From assembly GCF_009914755.1 (NCBI RefSeq), contig NC_060947.1: 64,000 nucleotides of DNA. One strand, given 5' to 3'. Within the stretch, counting starts at the first letter, position 1; every line of letters starts with the position of its first letter. A program made the translations under genes and the position numbers. Positions 61,456 through 64,000 of the stretch are shown piece after piece. The notes under the pieces are model-generated. The model did not search any database, was not told where the DNA came from, and was given only the letters and a program-made list of their open reading frames with translations. The DNA comes from the human T2T-CHM13v2.0 reference genome, Homo sapiens.

Positions 61456-62290
61456 AGTTCATCTCCCTGACATCATAGCTATGGCCCAGAGAAAGGCCAT
61501 CTAATACTTCAACTGAATTGTCACATTTGGCTTTAGGTACATGTCCCCAGAAGAAAATGAGGTCAAAGAAAACGTATTCTATTCCCAAATTCTAGCATTT
61601 TCCAATTGAAAGGACTTAGTAGCTTTTCAAATAGAATCCTGCTACATTTATAGATGAGGAAGCCAAGTTTTAGTGCGGTTAATATGACCTACTCGGCATC
61701 CTAGAGAGAAACAGAACCATGAAGGACCAGGTGTCCTGGCTCAGCATCTAATTTTCCCCACAGTAATACTTTGGTGGCAAAAACATCCCACCAGCTAATT
61801 TCATGGACTGGCCCCGCTCATAATTGTTAAGTGCTCTAAACTGGAGCCCTTTTAGTGTGGTTGCTAAGGGTAGCCAGGACCAAGGGGCTTCAAACATTCC
61901 TTTCATTGCTATGAGCTTCAGAGTGATTAGAATTAGCCACACATAGGGAAAGAAATGGGAAAATAAAGCGACGACTTTTCTACCAACCCGATTTATCATT
62001 GGGAAGCTATTTCACCATCTTCTTTTTACTTCTTCCTCTCCTTTGAGAAATCTTTAAGAACGCCTCTCTCAGTGCTGTGTGTGTCCACAATTATGAGCCT
62101 AAGAGGCACAGAAAGAGCAGTTATATATTAAATCAGCATGAACAAACCAATTTCTAGATACAGATTGCTCTTTCCAGGTTTGGGGTGGGGGTGAGTGACA
62201 CTGATATTAAACACAATTTAATAGATTCACCCATGAGGATTATATTGGGTCTGGTATCAGGTTCTGATTAAACAAGGTTTGTGTGCACAT

Positions 62291-62329
62291 GAGAGAGAGA
62301 GAGAGAGAGAGAGAGAGTGTGTGTGTGTG
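62291..62329 (+). repeat. (GA)n(GT)n compound microsatellite
   Basis: Direct inspection. Confidence 0.9.
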
Positions 62330-62581
62330 TTCACATAAGTTTAGATACAAACTTGAATATCCTGGCTAACAGCTCTAGGACTTTTCTGCTGCCAGGATGG
62401 CTTTACCGTTTCTACTGGACTTTTGACTAAAGTCACACCTGAATTGTCAGGAGATACAGGCCACTTTATTTCTGTGGAAAGGAAGGGAGACAAGAAAAAA
62501 GAAAAGGCATGTACAGTTGTTAGCCTGGTTGCCATTTAAGATTCAAAGATTATTCAGACTTCTTGTTAAATGTAACGCTGC

Positions 62582-62613
<32 letters not shown>
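62582..62613 (+). repeat. An(TA)n simple repeat
   Basis: Direct inspection. Confidence 0.85.
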
Positions 62614-64000
62614 TTTCCCTTAGCACTGATTGACAATTTCACTTTTACTACTGGAGGGGGAAGGTTTTACCTGTGGTTCCAAATTGTATGACATAAATTT
62701 CAAAATAACAGGTCTAATTGTGGTTTGTGTTCCATATTTATTTTTATTTTTTTATTACCTAATTTTCCTCCCTAAAGCCTCCTCCCACCCCTACCCCTTC
62801 TCTTTCTGAAAGGATGCAACACACAGCCTTTTCCCCAGCCCTCAGCTAATAGCAACACCTTCATTTTATCAAATGCTGGGCTCAGGGAGGAGCCATGGAG
62901 CCTGCCCCAAATGATGAATAGCCAAGAGCCGCACCCTCTCGGGGAGGTCCTGACTAATTTCTCTTCATGGCACAGAAAGCTAAGTGGGTGACCTTTCTGC
63001 CTGAGCCACGGACAACACACAACATGACTAAATCGAAAGTGGATCACTCTCAGGCAGGCAGGCCAGAGGAAAGGACACTTAGCACTGAGGAATTAATTGT
63101 GCCTTCTCAGACCTTCCTGGCCCCGTGACGAAGATAGCTTCTTCCCCTCACCACCTAGCTCGCCCACCGATCCATCCACCTGTTTTTTTGTTTTGTTTTT
63201 TTTTCAGGTACAGATTGGGCTAGTCCACTTTCAAAGGATTGAGATAAATCGGAAGGGGCTGGGGGAGAGAAGAAGGAAGACAACAGTGGGGGAACCAGAG
63301 GAAGAAAAATGGACTTAAATCTTGCTCTAGGAAAAAGAATCATATATTGTAGAAATCTCCTGAAGAGCAGTATAGGTAGTTAGAGCCAGACTATCATTGC
63401 CCCTCCTCCAAGTTGGGTAGGGAGGCAATTTTAGGCTATTTCCACATCAATATTTGCCTTCATCCATGTGAGTTTTTATAAAGGGAGATTATCTTAAAGG
63501 CAGTTGAAACTGCAGATATGTTAATTAAATTAATTTATCACTGAAGCTATTTCAAATGCAGCCAAGCCTAATTTCCCAGGGGGTCTGCGGGCTTCCGCGA
63601 AATGAGGGACAGTGAGGGGTTGGCACTACCAGGTCCAGCCCCCTGAGACCGAACAGCAGAAAGTAGGGGAGACCCAGCAAGCTGATTTTCCCATTTGGGT
63701 CTGCTCATTTCTCAGGGTTATAACACCCAGAAGCAGCTTTTCAAAATATCCAAGTGCAGGAGGAAATCAACTTTCTGAAGCTCGAAGAAGCCTCCTCGCA
63801 TCTCCCTTAAATATTGTTCCCATCTGGCCACTCTGAGTCCGCAAGTCTTCAATCCAAAGACTGTTTATTAGGCACCTCTCCGAAGGGCTATTTTTCTTTC
63901 CCAGTCTCTATTTCCAGATCCCTGAAGTGGGGTCTCAAGGATCCTGAGCCTGTTTCCTCTCTGCCTGTCGCCAGCAGACCCAATACACTCCAGAAGGTTT

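Noticed and set aside
63580-63660. Local CpG cluster as possible CpG island/promoter
   Set aside because: Too short and too few CpGs to qualify

Overview
Primate genomic DNA, most likely human or great ape (AluJ, AluS and a CpG-rich AluY, plus L1PA). It appears entirely non-coding (intergenic or deep intronic). I can support no protein-coding gene, RNA gene, CpG island, CRISPR array or prokaryotic system. The listed ORFs are Alu or L1 read-throughs, low-complexity artefacts or chance ORFs. Roughly half the window is recognisable transposon fossil: Alu, L1, L2, CR1/L3, MIR, MaLR and ERVL LTRs, an ERVL pol/dUTPase fragment, and hAT and Tigger DNA elements. These are separated by repeat-poor unique blocks rich in homeodomain, Sox, POU and TCF-like motifs that may be enhancers. 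The best-supported unusual observations are retrotransposition scars readable directly in the sequence: (i) an L1PA with both a twin-priming 5' inversion and a 3' transduction (16.3-16.8 kb); (ii) a 32-bp AATAAA+poly(A) orphan insertion with a perfect 12-bp TSD (36.9 kb); (iii) an L1MA 3' transduction inside MER33, later hit by an L1PA (55.0-56.15 kb); (iv) an Alu whose linker is replaced by a fold-back duplication; (v) an in-place inversion/deletion inside an old L1. I found no convincing new biological system. Subfamily names come from recalled consensus sequences and need RepeatMasker/Dfam confirmation. Boundaries of old elements are approximate.
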